A stretch of DNA of 64,000 bases from Kiritimatiellia bacterium (lineage in GTDB: Bacteria; Verrucomicrobiota; Kiritimatiellia; RFP12; UBA1067), in contig JBJEWD010000056.1 in the NCBI GenBank assembly GCA_051884875.1, positions 23,223 to 87,222 of the forward strand, in the 5' to 3' direction. This document shows positions 48,647-59,899 of the stretch, one piece after another. The stretch's first letter is position 1. The number at the start of each line of letters is the position of its first letter. The translations under genes were made by a program, and so were the position numbers. Below the pieces are notes generated by a model that saw nothing but the letters and a program-made list of their open reading frames with translations, was not told the origin of the DNA and did no database searches.

Positions 48647-51343
48647 CTACCGAAGGAAGATCCGCGTACCTTGCGCGGGCGGCTGGAGATAGCCTTCCGC
48701 ATCAATGGTCAGCGGACGCGCCTTGCCGTCGGCGCGCACATACCGAATCGCCGCGAGCTGGGTATCCGTCAGCGCCGCCGCGCCAGTACCCACGCGCACG
48801 GATGTACGCCCGAAATCACCCGTGAACGAGAGCGTCGCCCCGTCCGCCCAGACCATCGATGACGAATCGTCGAACGTCACCTTCGCGCCCCACGCCACAT
48901 CAATCGTTGCATCGCCGTTGACAATGAGTGTCGAAGCGCCGAAAACCGCCGCCGGACCAAATGCGACCGTACCCGCCTCCATGGTCAGCGAGGCTCCATA
49001 CTCCGGAGACGCACCCGTGAACAACACCATGCCCGCCCCTTGCTTGACCATGCCGAAGAAGGCCTCGGCCCCCTCTTCGCAAGTCGCTGTCGCATTCTTG
49101 TAGAGCGTGGAGGAAATCGTCAGGTCGGCTCCGGAATCGCCCGTCACGTCGTTGACAAGCAGATTCTCCAGCATCTTCTTGGAGGACGCCGCAGTGACGC
49201 CGGCCTGGCCGAAACGGATCTTTTCCAACGAGACGGTGGACGCAGACGTTCCATCGACCGTCAAGGTGCAGGTTGTCTGGTTCCAACCCCAAGTCATCAT
49301 GATTCCGGCCAAAGATCCGCCATTCTTCAGAACGATGGACTTCATTGCAGTATCAGAATTCGAAGTCGAATAATCGGCCGTAAAGTTTCCGGTGCCGCCA
49401 TCAAATGTCGCCGTGTTATCCGCACGGCCCATGGACTGAACCGTTGTATAGTTGACAATTCCTCCGGCAAGGCACGTTAAAATCTGGTCGCGATGGCCGT
49501 ATTCCCCGTAACCGGTGCCCAAATTGAGCACGCCGCCGTCATGGATGGTCATGCCATATGTATTTTCGTTGAAAAAGTGATAGTTCCCGTTCTCCACCGT
49601 CACCGTTCCGTAGATGTCGACGCCATTGTAAAACCGGTGCAGACCTTCGGAAGAACATTTGAATGTAACCCCGCGCGCATGCGGCCCGATCGCGAAACGC
49701 CCGTTCGTGACGCATTTCTTGATCGTGCCATATCCGGACCCTTCATTGGTCGCGTTCAACAGCGTCGCAAAGACCTGCGCAGCCGTCGAATCGAACAAGA
49801 ACGAGCCTTCGTCCCCAAGAATGATGGGAGTCGCACAACTGCTTCCCGTTTCGACAAAACTGCCGCCGAAAAGCGTGCCTTCGCCAATCACTGCAATGGT
49901 TCCGGCATTGACCATCATCGGCCCCGTCGCCGTATAATCGCCCGTGAATTCCGTCAGGGGAGAGACGACCCCTTCGGCGGCATTCTGCGTAAGGCCGGCC
50001 GTGCCGCCGATGCCGTTGTTGAACGTGACAGTGGCCGTTGTGTCATACCGCAACTCCGCCGAACCCGTGAAAATGAACGGATCGCCCGAGAAAGAGACCT
50101 TCGACGCATTGAACAAAATAACGATGCCGCCGACCGTCTGCTCTCCGGAAATTGTTATCTCCCCCGAGTTCGAAATGAGGGCAGTCGAACCCGCTTTCCA
50201 CTTCGTGGCGACACCGTTCGACGTATACCATGTCTTGCTGTCCGAATTCCAAATCTGATCGTCCGCGCCAAAAATCAGAGCGTCCGAAAGCCCCTCCAAC
50301 AGGCCGCTGTCGATAAGCTCCTGGACAAAATCCGGAGGGTCGCCGTACAGCGCCGTCACGACCAAATCCCCGGTCACGACGTCAAAGTCCGTATCCTATG
50401 CCAAAAAGCCTTCCTTGTCCGTCATGTCCGGTGCCGTGGCACCATAGGTTTCCTCGACAGTCTCGGTCTTCAAAACGCTTCCGTCCGCATCCTTGAACGT
50501 CACCGTGCAAAGCCGATGGTAGAGAGCCGTTACGGTCATCGAATCCGTGATATTCGAAAAGTCCGCATCCCATTTCCAGAACACATAACCCTCGACCGCC
50601 GGCGGATCCGGCGCTACGGCAGCTTCACCGTAAGCCACTTCCTGCGGCTCGCCGATTACGGCACCATCCATCCCGACAAATGTGACCGTATAGGCTGCGC
50701 CCTCCGGCAGACGGTAGGCGACGAAATCCTGCAATGAGTAATTCGCGACCTCATGTCCCGAATTCATCGCATCATCGTCATAGTAATACTTGTTGACATT
50801 GTTGTTCCCTTTCGTCGTGCAGTCATCGCCGTAACTGGCGCCATAGCAGTACTTCATGCCGCGGACGCAACCCCAAACGTCATCCCCCTCTTGCCGCAAG
50901 ATGACAAATTCCGTCATGTGCAAATTCCCATTATAGCCCTTGGCCTTCGTCTGCACCTGCAATGTTGCGGTCTGCCCGTCTTCCGCCACGGTGAAGAAAT
51001 AAAAACCGTTGTAATCATAATTGTCCTGCGAGGGCTGCTCGGGTTTCTCCGTATAAACGATGTCGATGGCGTATGATTCGAAAAGATTGCCGCCAAATGC
51101 GCGATAGCTTGTCGCGGAAAATCCGACGATCTCCGTCAATTTCAGATTCTTGAAGAGACAGACCTCGACCGCATCAGCTTTGGTTGTCTGCTGATTTCCC
51201 CATGTCGTGAAAGCCGTATCGTTGACATACGGAACGGTCTTTACCTCGCAGGTAAACGCTTCAGCCCCTTGCGGCAGACTGGAATACGCCGCCAAGCAAC
51301 TGAAAAGCACCCACATGCCCGCCATCAGTCTACCCAGTTTCAT
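48647..51343 (-). pseudogene. Large secreted protein (InlB B-like repeats plus beta-strand repeats) interrupted by one in-frame TAG
   Basis: ORFs 50396-51343 and 48647-50377 are in the same frame. The TAG at 50396-50398 sits where the first repeat has Trp (FWKWDADF vs FLA*DTDF). Confidence 0.8.
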
Positions 51344-51507
51344 TCACGACTCCTTTTGTTTTCCATGAAACAACCCGACCCCTCGAATGATAACAAACAT
51401 CCACGAGCCGAACAATGCCAATATGCGCAAAATAACCTACTTAAACGCGCAAATCCGCGAGGTCTGATGGAATCCACGGGGAACAGTCCCCGAATGCATC
51501 CGGATTT

Positions 51508-52128
51508 TCAGAAGTGGAGAAGCCCCTTCTTAAGACCGATGACGACGGCGTCGACGCGATCCTTGGCGCCGAGTTTTTCGTTGACGTGCTTGAGATGAAT
51601 CTTGGCACCGTCTTCGGAGATGCCGAGCCGTGCGGCAATCTCGCGGTTGGAAAGTCCCTTGGACAGGAGTGTCAGCGACTCGCGTTCGCGTGGCGTGAGT
51701 TCGGGCGAGGTCGCCCGCGCGGCATAGAGGTCGCGGACATCCGTCGGAATGTAGGTGCCGCCCCCGGCCACGGCGCGGATCGCGTCCACGATATGGTTTG
51801 GCGCCGAGTCCTTCATCACATAACCCTTCGCACCGGCGTTAAGCGCCTGATAGACAGACTCTTCGGTGCCGACCGTCGTCAGCATGACGACCTTCTGTTC
51901 GGGTTGTGCCGCGAGGATCTCGCGCAGGGCCTCGATACCCCCCTTCCCCGGCATGCGGATATCCATGAGAACTATATCGGGCTTCGTCTTCTCAACGAAC
52001 GCGCAGGCACCCTCGCCGTCGGGATGCTCACCGACGAGTTCGAGATCCTTGAAGACGGACAGCGCATACTTCAATCCCATCCGCATGACCGCGTGATCGT
52101 CCACGACCGCAACCCTGATTTTCTTCAT
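51508..52128 (-). CDS. NarL/LuxR-family response regulator
   Basis: VVDDH, LMDIRMP, LTPRE..L...GLSNREIA. Confidence 0.93.
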   Translation of the reverse strand: MKKIRVAVVDDHAVMRMGLKYALSVFKDLELVGEHPDGEGACAFVEKTKPDIVLMDIRMPGKGGIEALREILAAQPEQKVVMLTTVGTEESVYQALNAGAKGYVMKDSAPNHIVDAIRAVAGGGTYIPTDVRDLYAARATSPELTPRERESLTLLSKGLSNREIAARLGISEDGAKIHLKHVNEKLGAKDRVDAVVIGLKKGLLHF

Positions 52129-54194
52129 TGCCTTTTCCTTTCAAGACGAACTTCCGTCCAGCCCTTCCGTTCGCCGAAGGTCAGCGTAAAGCCGTTGCGC
52201 GTCGCCCGTTCGCGCATGCTCGAAAGTCCGAAATGCCCCGTCTCGGGCCCCAGCGCGGCTGCGGCGTCGAACTTCGCGCCGTCGTTGAGGATGCTGAGTG
52301 CAAAGCCAAACGGAACAATCGGATCGGACACGATGACGATGCGCCGCGCATGCCCGTGTTTGATGGCATTCGAAATCGCCTCCTGCACCGTCGCCAGAAG
52401 ATCATTCTTCATCTGGGCGGAGATGTCGGCGGGAAGTCCGCGCAGACGCGTGCGCACGCGCGCCCCGCTCACGACGTTCGTTCGGGTGGCAATCTCCTTC
52501 AGCAGCTGCGCGAGCGGACGCGTCAGCAGTTCATCGCTCTGCAGATTGAGGATTTTATCCCGCAGTTCGCGCCGGGCGGTCTCCAGGATATCGCCCGCCA
52601 TCGATACGGCGCCACGCGCCGCCGGTGAAAGCGCTGCTTCCGCCTCGCCCTGCACCGAAAACAGCAGGAGCCGTGCGCCTGACAGATACTGCGCGATGGT
52701 GTCGTGGAGCTCTTCGGCCATGCGTCGGCGATCGGCGGAGACGGCGCGTGCCCGCTCATGCTGCCGGGTCATGCGCACCCACATCCACAACGCGAGCGCG
52801 GCCAACGGCAGCAGCAGCCAGAGCCCGAGACGTGTCGCCAGGCGCGCAACCCGCCGTCGGATCGTCGCCGCATCGGACAGCACCGTAAGATCGTTCCGAT
52901 CGCGCATGAGCAGGGTAAATCCTTCGATTCCCAGGCCGCGCCCCAGTTTGTTCCGCATGTCGTAGCGCACCTTTAATACGCCTGAGACGACAACCGGCGG
53001 ATTGTCGAACAACGCTTCGGGAAGTTCCCCGGCACCAGCATTCAGCCGCACGGCGACGCGATGCGCACCCACCGCCAGCGTCAGTTCCGCCGCGTCAACC
53101 GGCAGACGGTCGACCGAGACGATGCGGCCGGCGATCTTCACGAGGCGGTAGTGGCAATCGTATTCGCCGGCGTCGCCGCTATGGAGAATCTGGGTGAGCG
53201 CCCCGGTGGCGAGCGGTTGCGGCGCCAGACGGGTGGCGACCGTACCGAGACGCCGGAAGCGCCCTGCGTCCAGCACGCCGCAGTCGTCGGACACCGTCGG
53301 GAATCCATCGGCCTCCACGAGATCCCCCACCTGTGGCAGATCGTCCTCATCCAGATTGACGCGCACGGCGGTTCCGCTCTGCAAGACGAAGAAACCCTGC
53401 GCTGGATTCACGTAGGTCACTTCGCCATTCAGCTTGCGCAGATGCCCGTCATAGCCGCTTGGACTCCAGGCCACGACACCGAACGGCCGGCCGGCGTCCT
53501 TCTGGACCGCGCGCACCGGTTGGCGGGAGGGGATTACGTGAATCGCCTCCCGGGAGATCGCCTCGACCTCGGGTCGCAGGAATTCGGCACGCGAATTGTA
53601 GTTCGGCGTGCACACGCCGTTCACCGCCAGCTCGGCATCACGGAACTCGGCGAGCTCCGGCCAGGCGCCGCGCACATGTACCTTGATGACGCCATCGGGC
53701 GTCCCCAGCTCCAGGAGCGTCACCGAATCCTGGACGTGAACGCACCGCAGAATGCCCGTCACGCACACGCGGCGGTTGTTGTAGCGCCCCGTCATGAGAT
53801 CCGCCAAGCGAATCTCCGGCGGCGCATCCAGCGTCTGGCGCCCCGTCACCGTGATTCGCGCGGCCGCGACGCCCGGTTCGAGCATCAGCGGCAGGATGCA
53901 CCCGCGAATATGCACGACATCGCCGGGTTCGGGCTTCTGCGCACCGACCAGCTCCGCCAGCGGATATCCGGGAATGTCACCGCCCACGTAGATCGCCGGG
54001 CCGTCAGGATCGGCGACATCCGCCAGGGTAAAGGAATTCTCCTGCCACTGGAAGGCGCAGGTAACGACTCCCGTAAGCACGCATGACGGCCGGTCCCAGG
54101 CTTCTGCGCGCGTCATCTGGGCAATATCCGAGACGGTGACGGCATCCGCTGTCATCGCCCCGACCGAAAGCAGTACTCCCAGTGAAAATCGCAT
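52125..54194 (-). CDS. HisKA_3 sensor histidine kinase with large extracytoplasmic region
   Basis: AEELHDTIAQ, QEAISNAIKHG, NDG..F, GHFGL; signal peptide, and a TM segment before the kinase domain. Confidence 0.9.
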   Translation of the reverse strand: MRFSLGVLLSVGAMTADAVTVSDIAQMTRAEAWDRPSCVLTGVVTCAFQWQENSFTLADVADPDGPAIYVGGDIPGYPLAELVGAQKPEPGDVVHIRGCILPLMLEPGVAAARITVTGRQTLDAPPEIRLADLMTGRYNNRRVCVTGILRCVHVQDSVTLLELGTPDGVIKVHVRGAWPELAEFRDAELAVNGVCTPNYNSRAEFLRPEVEAISREAIHVIPSRQPVRAVQKDAGRPFGVVAWSPSGYDGHLRKLNGEVTYVNPAQGFFVLQSGTAVRVNLDEDDLPQVGDLVEADGFPTVSDDCGVLDAGRFRRLGTVATRLAPQPLATGALTQILHSGDAGEYDCHYRLVKIAGRIVSVDRLPVDAAELTLAVGAHRVAVRLNAGAGELPEALFDNPPVVVSGVLKVRYDMRNKLGRGLGIEGFTLLMRDRNDLTVLSDAATIRRRVARLATRLGLWLLLPLAALALWMWVRMTRQHERARAVSADRRRMAEELHDTIAQYLSGARLLLFSVQGEAEAALSPAARGAVSMAGDILETARRELRDKILNLQSDELLTRPLAQLLKEIATRTNVVSGARVRTRLRGLPADISAQMKNDLLATVQEAISNAIKHGHARRIVIVSDPIVPFGFALSILNDGAKFDAAAALGPETGHFGLSSMRERATRNGFTLTFGERKGWTEVRLERKRQ

Positions 54195-54209
54195 GGCGGA
54201 GATTATAGC

Positions 54210-54250
54210 AAAAAGAAAACCCGCCGACCAAAGTCGACGGATTTTCTTTT
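54210..54250. terminator. gap terminator
   Basis: AAAAGAAAACCCGCCGAC-CAAA-GTCGACGGATTTTCTTTT imperfect stem with T tracts. Confidence 0.65.
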
Positions 54251-54270
54251 GATTCGCAAGTCGCAAGGAC

Positions 54271-55628
<1,358 letters not shown>

Positions 55629-55655
55629 TTTCGTGTTCCTTTCGTTTGAAGTAGA

Positions 55656-57395
55656 CTAATTGCCGGGCTGCCATTCGACATTCGCGAACGCGGCCTCGAA
55701 CGCATTGCCGAGGTTTTCGCTGCCCGCCGTCCTGACGTTGGTCGGCGCCGACGTTTCGCCTGCGGCACCCGCCTCAAGCTTCCTGATCTCATCTTCGGTC
55801 ATCGTCATCGCACGGATGGAGAGACCGATGCGACGCTCGCCGCGATCGACCTTGACGACGCGGGCCTCGACCTCCTGGCCGACGTCCAGCGCGTCCTTGA
55901 CCTTCTCGATGCGCTGATCGGAGATCTGGGAGATGTGGACAAGACCGTCGACACCGTCCTCAAGTTCGATGAACGCGCCGAACGAGGCGATTTTGGAGAC
56001 CTTGCCCTTGACGACCGAACCGACCGCGTACTTGGCGGCGATGTCCGACCAGGGATCGTTCTGGGCCTGCTTGAGACCGAGCGAAATGCGCTGCTCCGTC
56101 GGATTGACGTCAAGCACGACCGCCTCGACTTCCTGACCCTTCTGGAGGCACTCCGACGGATGGTTGATCTTGCGCGTCCAGCTCATGTCGCTGACGTGGA
56201 TCATGCCGTCGATGCCCTCTTCGAGCTCGACGAACGCACCATACGTCGTGAAGTTGCGGACCTTGCCCTTGACCTTCGAGCCGACCGGGAAGCGATCCTG
56301 CACCGTATCCCACGGATTGGCCTGGGTCTGGCGGATGCCGAGCGCAATCTTCTGGTTCTCGACGTCAATCGAAAGGACGACGACCTGAACCTCGTCGCCG
56401 ATGGCGAGCATATCGCTCGCGCGGGCAACGCGCTTGGTCCAGCTGAACTCGGAGATGTGGACGAGACCTTCGATGCCAGGGGCGATTTCGACGAACGCAC
56501 CGTAGGCGGCGAGATTGACGACCTTGCCCGAGACGCGGGAGCCAACCGGGAACTGATCCTGGATCGCATCCCACGGATTGGGCTGCGTCTGCTTGAGACC
56601 GAGGCTGACGCGCTCGCGGTCACGGTCGACTTCGAGGACCATGACGTCGAGCTCCTGCCCGACCTTGAGCATTTCACTCGGATGCTTGATGCGGCCCCAG
56701 CTCATATCGGTGATGTGGAGGAGACCGTCGAGGCCATCGAGATCGATGAACGCGCCGAAGTCCGTAATGTTCTTCACGCGGCCCTTCTTGATCTCGCCGA
56801 CCTGGAGGGACGCGAGCAGCTCGGCCTTCTTTTCGGCCAGCGTACCTTCGATGAGTTCGCGGCGCGAAACGATGAGATTACGGCGCTCGTTGGAAATCTT
56901 GATGACCTTGAAATCGAACGTCTGACCGACGTAGGGTTCGAGCTCCTTGACCGGAGTGACCTCGACCTGGCTGCCGGGGAGGAACGCCTCGACGTCGTCG
57001 ATCGCAACGAGCAGACCGCCGCGAACCGCGCTCTTGATCGTGCCGGTGACGACACAGCCCTCGACATAACGCTCGAGGATCTTCTCCCAACGGATCTTGT
57101 CGTCGGCGGCCTTCTTGGAGAGGACGACCGTGCCGGACTTGTCGTTCTCGAGCTCGCGGAGCATGACCATGACCTTGTCGCCGGGCTTGACTTCGGCACC
57201 CTCGCCGAACTCGGAGATGTCGATGGTACCCGCGCTCTTGTAGCCGATGTCGACGATTACGTCGTCGCCATTGACGCTGGTGACGGTGCCCTCGACGAGG
57301 CAGCCGTTCTTGAACTTGGATTCTCCTGCGGCGTCGAGCATAGCGGCCATGACGGCCGACTTCTCACCAGCAGGGGTTGGCTTGCGAATTGCCAT
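55656..57395 (-). CDS. rpsA: 30S ribosomal protein S1
   Basis: Six S1 repeats (DIGYK, FLPGSQ, FGAFID..DGLLHITDMSW etc.); ATG 57395 preferred as start. Confidence 0.97.
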   Translation of the reverse strand: MAIRKPTPAGEKSAVMAAMLDAAGESKFKNGCLVEGTVTSVNGDDVIVDIGYKSAGTIDISEFGEGAEVKPGDKVMVMLRELENDKSGTVVLSKKAADDKIRWEKILERYVEGCVVTGTIKSAVRGGLLVAIDDVEAFLPGSQVEVTPVKELEPYVGQTFDFKVIKISNERRNLIVSRRELIEGTLAEKKAELLASLQVGEIKKGRVKNITDFGAFIDLDGLDGLLHITDMSWGRIKHPSEMLKVGQELDVMVLEVDRDRERVSLGLKQTQPNPWDAIQDQFPVGSRVSGKVVNLAAYGAFVEIAPGIEGLVHISEFSWTKRVARASDMLAIGDEVQVVVLSIDVENQKIALGIRQTQANPWDTVQDRFPVGSKVKGKVRNFTTYGAFVELEEGIDGMIHVSDMSWTRKINHPSECLQKGQEVEAVVLDVNPTEQRISLGLKQAQNDPWSDIAAKYAVGSVVKGKVSKIASFGAFIELEDGVDGLVHISQISDQRIEKVKDALDVGQEVEARVVKVDRGERRIGLSIRAMTMTEDEIRKLEAGAAGETSAPTNVRTAGSENLGNAFEAAFANVEWQPGN

Positions 57396-57920
57396 GTGTA
57401 CTTTGTCTGTTTGGTGTTTGTTAGTGTTCACGGTTTTCAGCCGTGTCCACCCCGTAGGTGGGCGTGGAAAGCATAGTATACCAACTTTTTGGTAAATCGG
57501 GCAATGGGAAAATGCGGGGGATTATCCCCAATTTTGGAAATGGCTACCGGACCCTCGCGAATCCTCGCGCGGTCTTGAGCTGATTCTGCCGTTTCTGGGC
57601 AGTCGAACCCGTCTGCCGCTATCCGCTCGGGAATTCGAACTCCATCTGCAGCTATACACGGGTGTCAAATAGCGGAAGGAAACCACATGGGAAATGATTG
57701 CATGACGTCATTCAGAACGCGAGAGCAGCTGCGCAAATTCCTGGGGAGGATTGCGGCGAGCTGCACGGAGACAGGAGCGAAACCACTTTTTTCACTTTCT
57801 GGGACTGAAAATGACGACCGCACCCTTGGTTCTATTGGGTACGGTCGATTTTAGGGGTCAGAAACCGGGGATATTTGAGTGTGCTGTGCTGCGCATTTCG
57901 TAGGAAATTATAATATCTGT

Positions 57921-58080
57921 CGAAAGGGAACGGCGGCAAGGCCGGTATGGGTGAACCGTCGTCAACCTAATCCTCCGACGCTCGCTCAAGGGAGACTCCG
58001 CACAGGGATACCATTCACGCCTGGCCAAGGCGGCTTGAGCTTTCACCGCGTCACTTCACCTGAGAGTCGCCGGGAGATGG
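57921..58080 (+). ncRNA. Candidate 6S RNA
   Basis: TATAAT at 57909-57914. Rod-like fold: CGGCGGC/GTCGCCG, GGGTGAA/TTCACCT, a central bubble, GCTCAAG/CTTGAGC and an apical CCGC..CAGG/CCTG..GCGG. G-U pairs favour the + strand. Confidence 0.5.
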
Positions 58081-58094
58081 CGAATCTGATCTTG

Positions 58095-58907
58095 TCAGGT
58101 ACCCCGGTTCAGAAGATAGACGACGCCAATGGCGAAGCGCTCGAAGAGTACGCCCGCGAAAAGAAACGGGTGACGAAGAACCTTGCGCCATTTCCCCCGT
58201 TCCAGAAACACGCCAAAGAAACGATACCAGGGGGAGAATTGCCGCCGGACGATCGGATCGTCCGGCCACTTTCGACGATAGGCCTCCATTGTCCCCGAAT
58301 AGTATTTCTTCTTCGCCATCAGTTTACCGAAGGACAGCTCCTCTTCGTGATGGTAGAGCGCACCGCGCGTAATGGCCGTACGGGCGCCCCAATCCCGGAT
58401 TCGATGGTCGAGATCCCAATCCTCACAGGCGACCAACCCCTCGTCGTAGCCGCCGATCGTCTCCAGCAGCGTCCGGCGGATGACGCGCAGGCCGTCGATG
58501 CACGTTCCATCGTAAAACGAACGTTCGTAGTTGCGGACCTTCGTACGAAACCCCTTGCCGATGCGCGTTTCGCGCACGAAAAGCGCGTCCACCCCGCCGG
58601 CATCCATACGGGAAAGGATCTCCTGTTGCGTTGCGACGGGAACCTCCATGTCCGCGTCCACGAAAAGCACCGCATCCCCGCGCGCTTCGCGCCAGCCGCG
58701 ATTCCGCTGCGCACACCGCTCGGGGCCTTGTTCAAACACGCGCGCACCTGCCGCCCGCGCCCGTGCCCGCGTATCATCGGAAGAGAAATTATCGACGACA
58801 ATCACCTCCCCTTCTCCCCGTTCGACCAATGCCGCAAAGGCCTTGACCGCCCGTGCGATGGTGGCGGATTCGTTTTTCGTAGGGATGACGACCGAGAGTC
58901 TGATCAC
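58095..58907 (-). CDS. Glycosyltransferase family 2
   Basis: SVVIPTKNE, VVDNFSSDDT, FVDAD, GGYDE, EDWDL. Confidence 0.9.
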   Translation of the reverse strand: MIRLSVVIPTKNESATIARAVKAFAALVERGEGEVIVVDNFSSDDTRARARAAGARVFEQGPERCAQRNRGWREARGDAVLFVDADMEVPVATQQEILSRMDAGGVDALFVRETRIGKGFRTKVRNYERSFYDGTCIDGLRVIRRTLLETIGGYDEGLVACEDWDLDHRIRDWGARTAITRGALYHHEEELSFGKLMAKKKYYSGTMEAYRRKWPDDPIVRRQFSPWYRFFGVFLERGKWRKVLRHPFLFAGVLFERFAIGVVYLLNRGT

Positions 58908-58954
58908 AACAACATTTCCGATACGATTTTTGATATAATCTAGGGACTTTTTCC

Positions 58955-59031
58955 GGGCGGTTAGCTCAGTTGGTTAGAGCAGGACCTTTACACGGTCAAG
59001 GTCGGGGGTTCGAGTCCCTCACCGCCCACCA
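58955..59031 (+). tRNA. tRNA-Val (TAC)
   Basis: GGGCGGT/ACCGCCC acceptor stem, D-arm TAGCTCAGTTGGTTAGAGC, anticodon loop TTTACAC, GGTTCGAGTCC, encoded CCA; TGATATAAT upstream. Confidence 0.96.
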
Positions 59032-59880
59032 TCAGCGACACGTGAGGAGGTTCATGTACCAGCTGACGAGTTCGGTTCCCCGGAACATCCAGACGAGACA
59101 GCCGAGACAGATGTAAGGTCCGTACGGAATCGCCGTGCAGCCGCCGAGCCGCGTTTTCTTCAGAAGAATCATCCCCATGCCGACGACCGTACCGGCGACG
59201 GCCGAGAGGATCAGCGTCAGGGACGCGGCGACGGGTCCGAACAGTGCGCCCACGGCCCCCATCAGTAAGACATCCCCCATGCCCATCGCCTCGCGCCGAA
59301 AGGCCACGCCTCCGAGCCAGCGGACGACCCACAGCAGTCCGAAGCCGAATGCCAGGCCAAGAAGCGATTGGAATGGAGTGATGAAGAACATATCCTGCTC
59401 CGGCAGCAGATTGTGGAAGTGGTACGGCGTGTACGCGCCAATCACCCAGAAGACGACGGATGTCGCGACGCCGAAGATCATGCCGCCCACGGTCACAAAG
59501 TCGGGCAGTAGCTGCAGGTCGTAATCGATGAACGATCCGACGATCATCAGCGAAATCCACACCCAGGCGAGCGGCGCGAAATAGCCATACCGCCAGAAGG
59601 CGGCGAGAAAGAGCAGGCCGCCGATCGTCTCCACGAGAAGATAGCGCGGCGAAATTGGCGCCTTGCATGCGGCGCACTTGCCCCGCAAGGCCAGCCAGGA
59701 GAGAATCGGCAGGTTCTGATACCACCTGATTGGCGCCTGACACTTCGGGCAGTGCGACGGCGGCCAAACGACCGATTCGCCGCGCGGCACGCGGTAGACG
59801 ACGACGTTGAGAAACGACGCAATGAGCGTACCAAGCAGAAAGGCGAAAACCGAACCGATGGCCATCAGATGCCGTTCCAT
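59032..59880 (-). CDS. pilD: Prepilin peptidase (A24)
   Basis: SFLNVVVYRVP, SHCPKC, RGKCAAC, FIDYD..LPD, MGMGDV, IPYGPY. Confidence 0.93.
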   Translation of the reverse strand: MERHLMAIGSVFAFLLGTLIASFLNVVVYRVPRGESVVWPPSHCPKCQAPIRWYQNLPILSWLALRGKCAACKAPISPRYLLVETIGGLLFLAAFWRYGYFAPLAWVWISLMIVGSFIDYDLQLLPDFVTVGGMIFGVATSVVFWVIGAYTPYHFHNLLPEQDMFFITPFQSLLGLAFGFGLLWVVRWLGGVAFRREAMGMGDVLLMGAVGALFGPVAASLTLILSAVAGTVVGMGMILLKKTRLGGCTAIPYGPYICLGCLVWMFRGTELVSWYMNLLTCR

Positions 59881-59899
59881 GCGCGTGTCCCCTTTCCGC

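Noticed and set aside
50396-50398. Pyrrolysine or genome-wide TAG recoding
   Set aside because: TAG ends several clear genes in this window, no pyl genes are seen, and the position corresponds to Trp (a one-base change).
57687-57854. 55-aa ORF (MGNDCMTSFRTREQLRKFL...) with GGAAGGA upstream
   Set aside because: No recognisable motif and cannot be distinguished from chance without homologs.
58955-59031. tRNA-Val as an integration site
   Set aside because: No duplicated 3' end or integrase was seen, and the pilD stop directly abuts the CCA.
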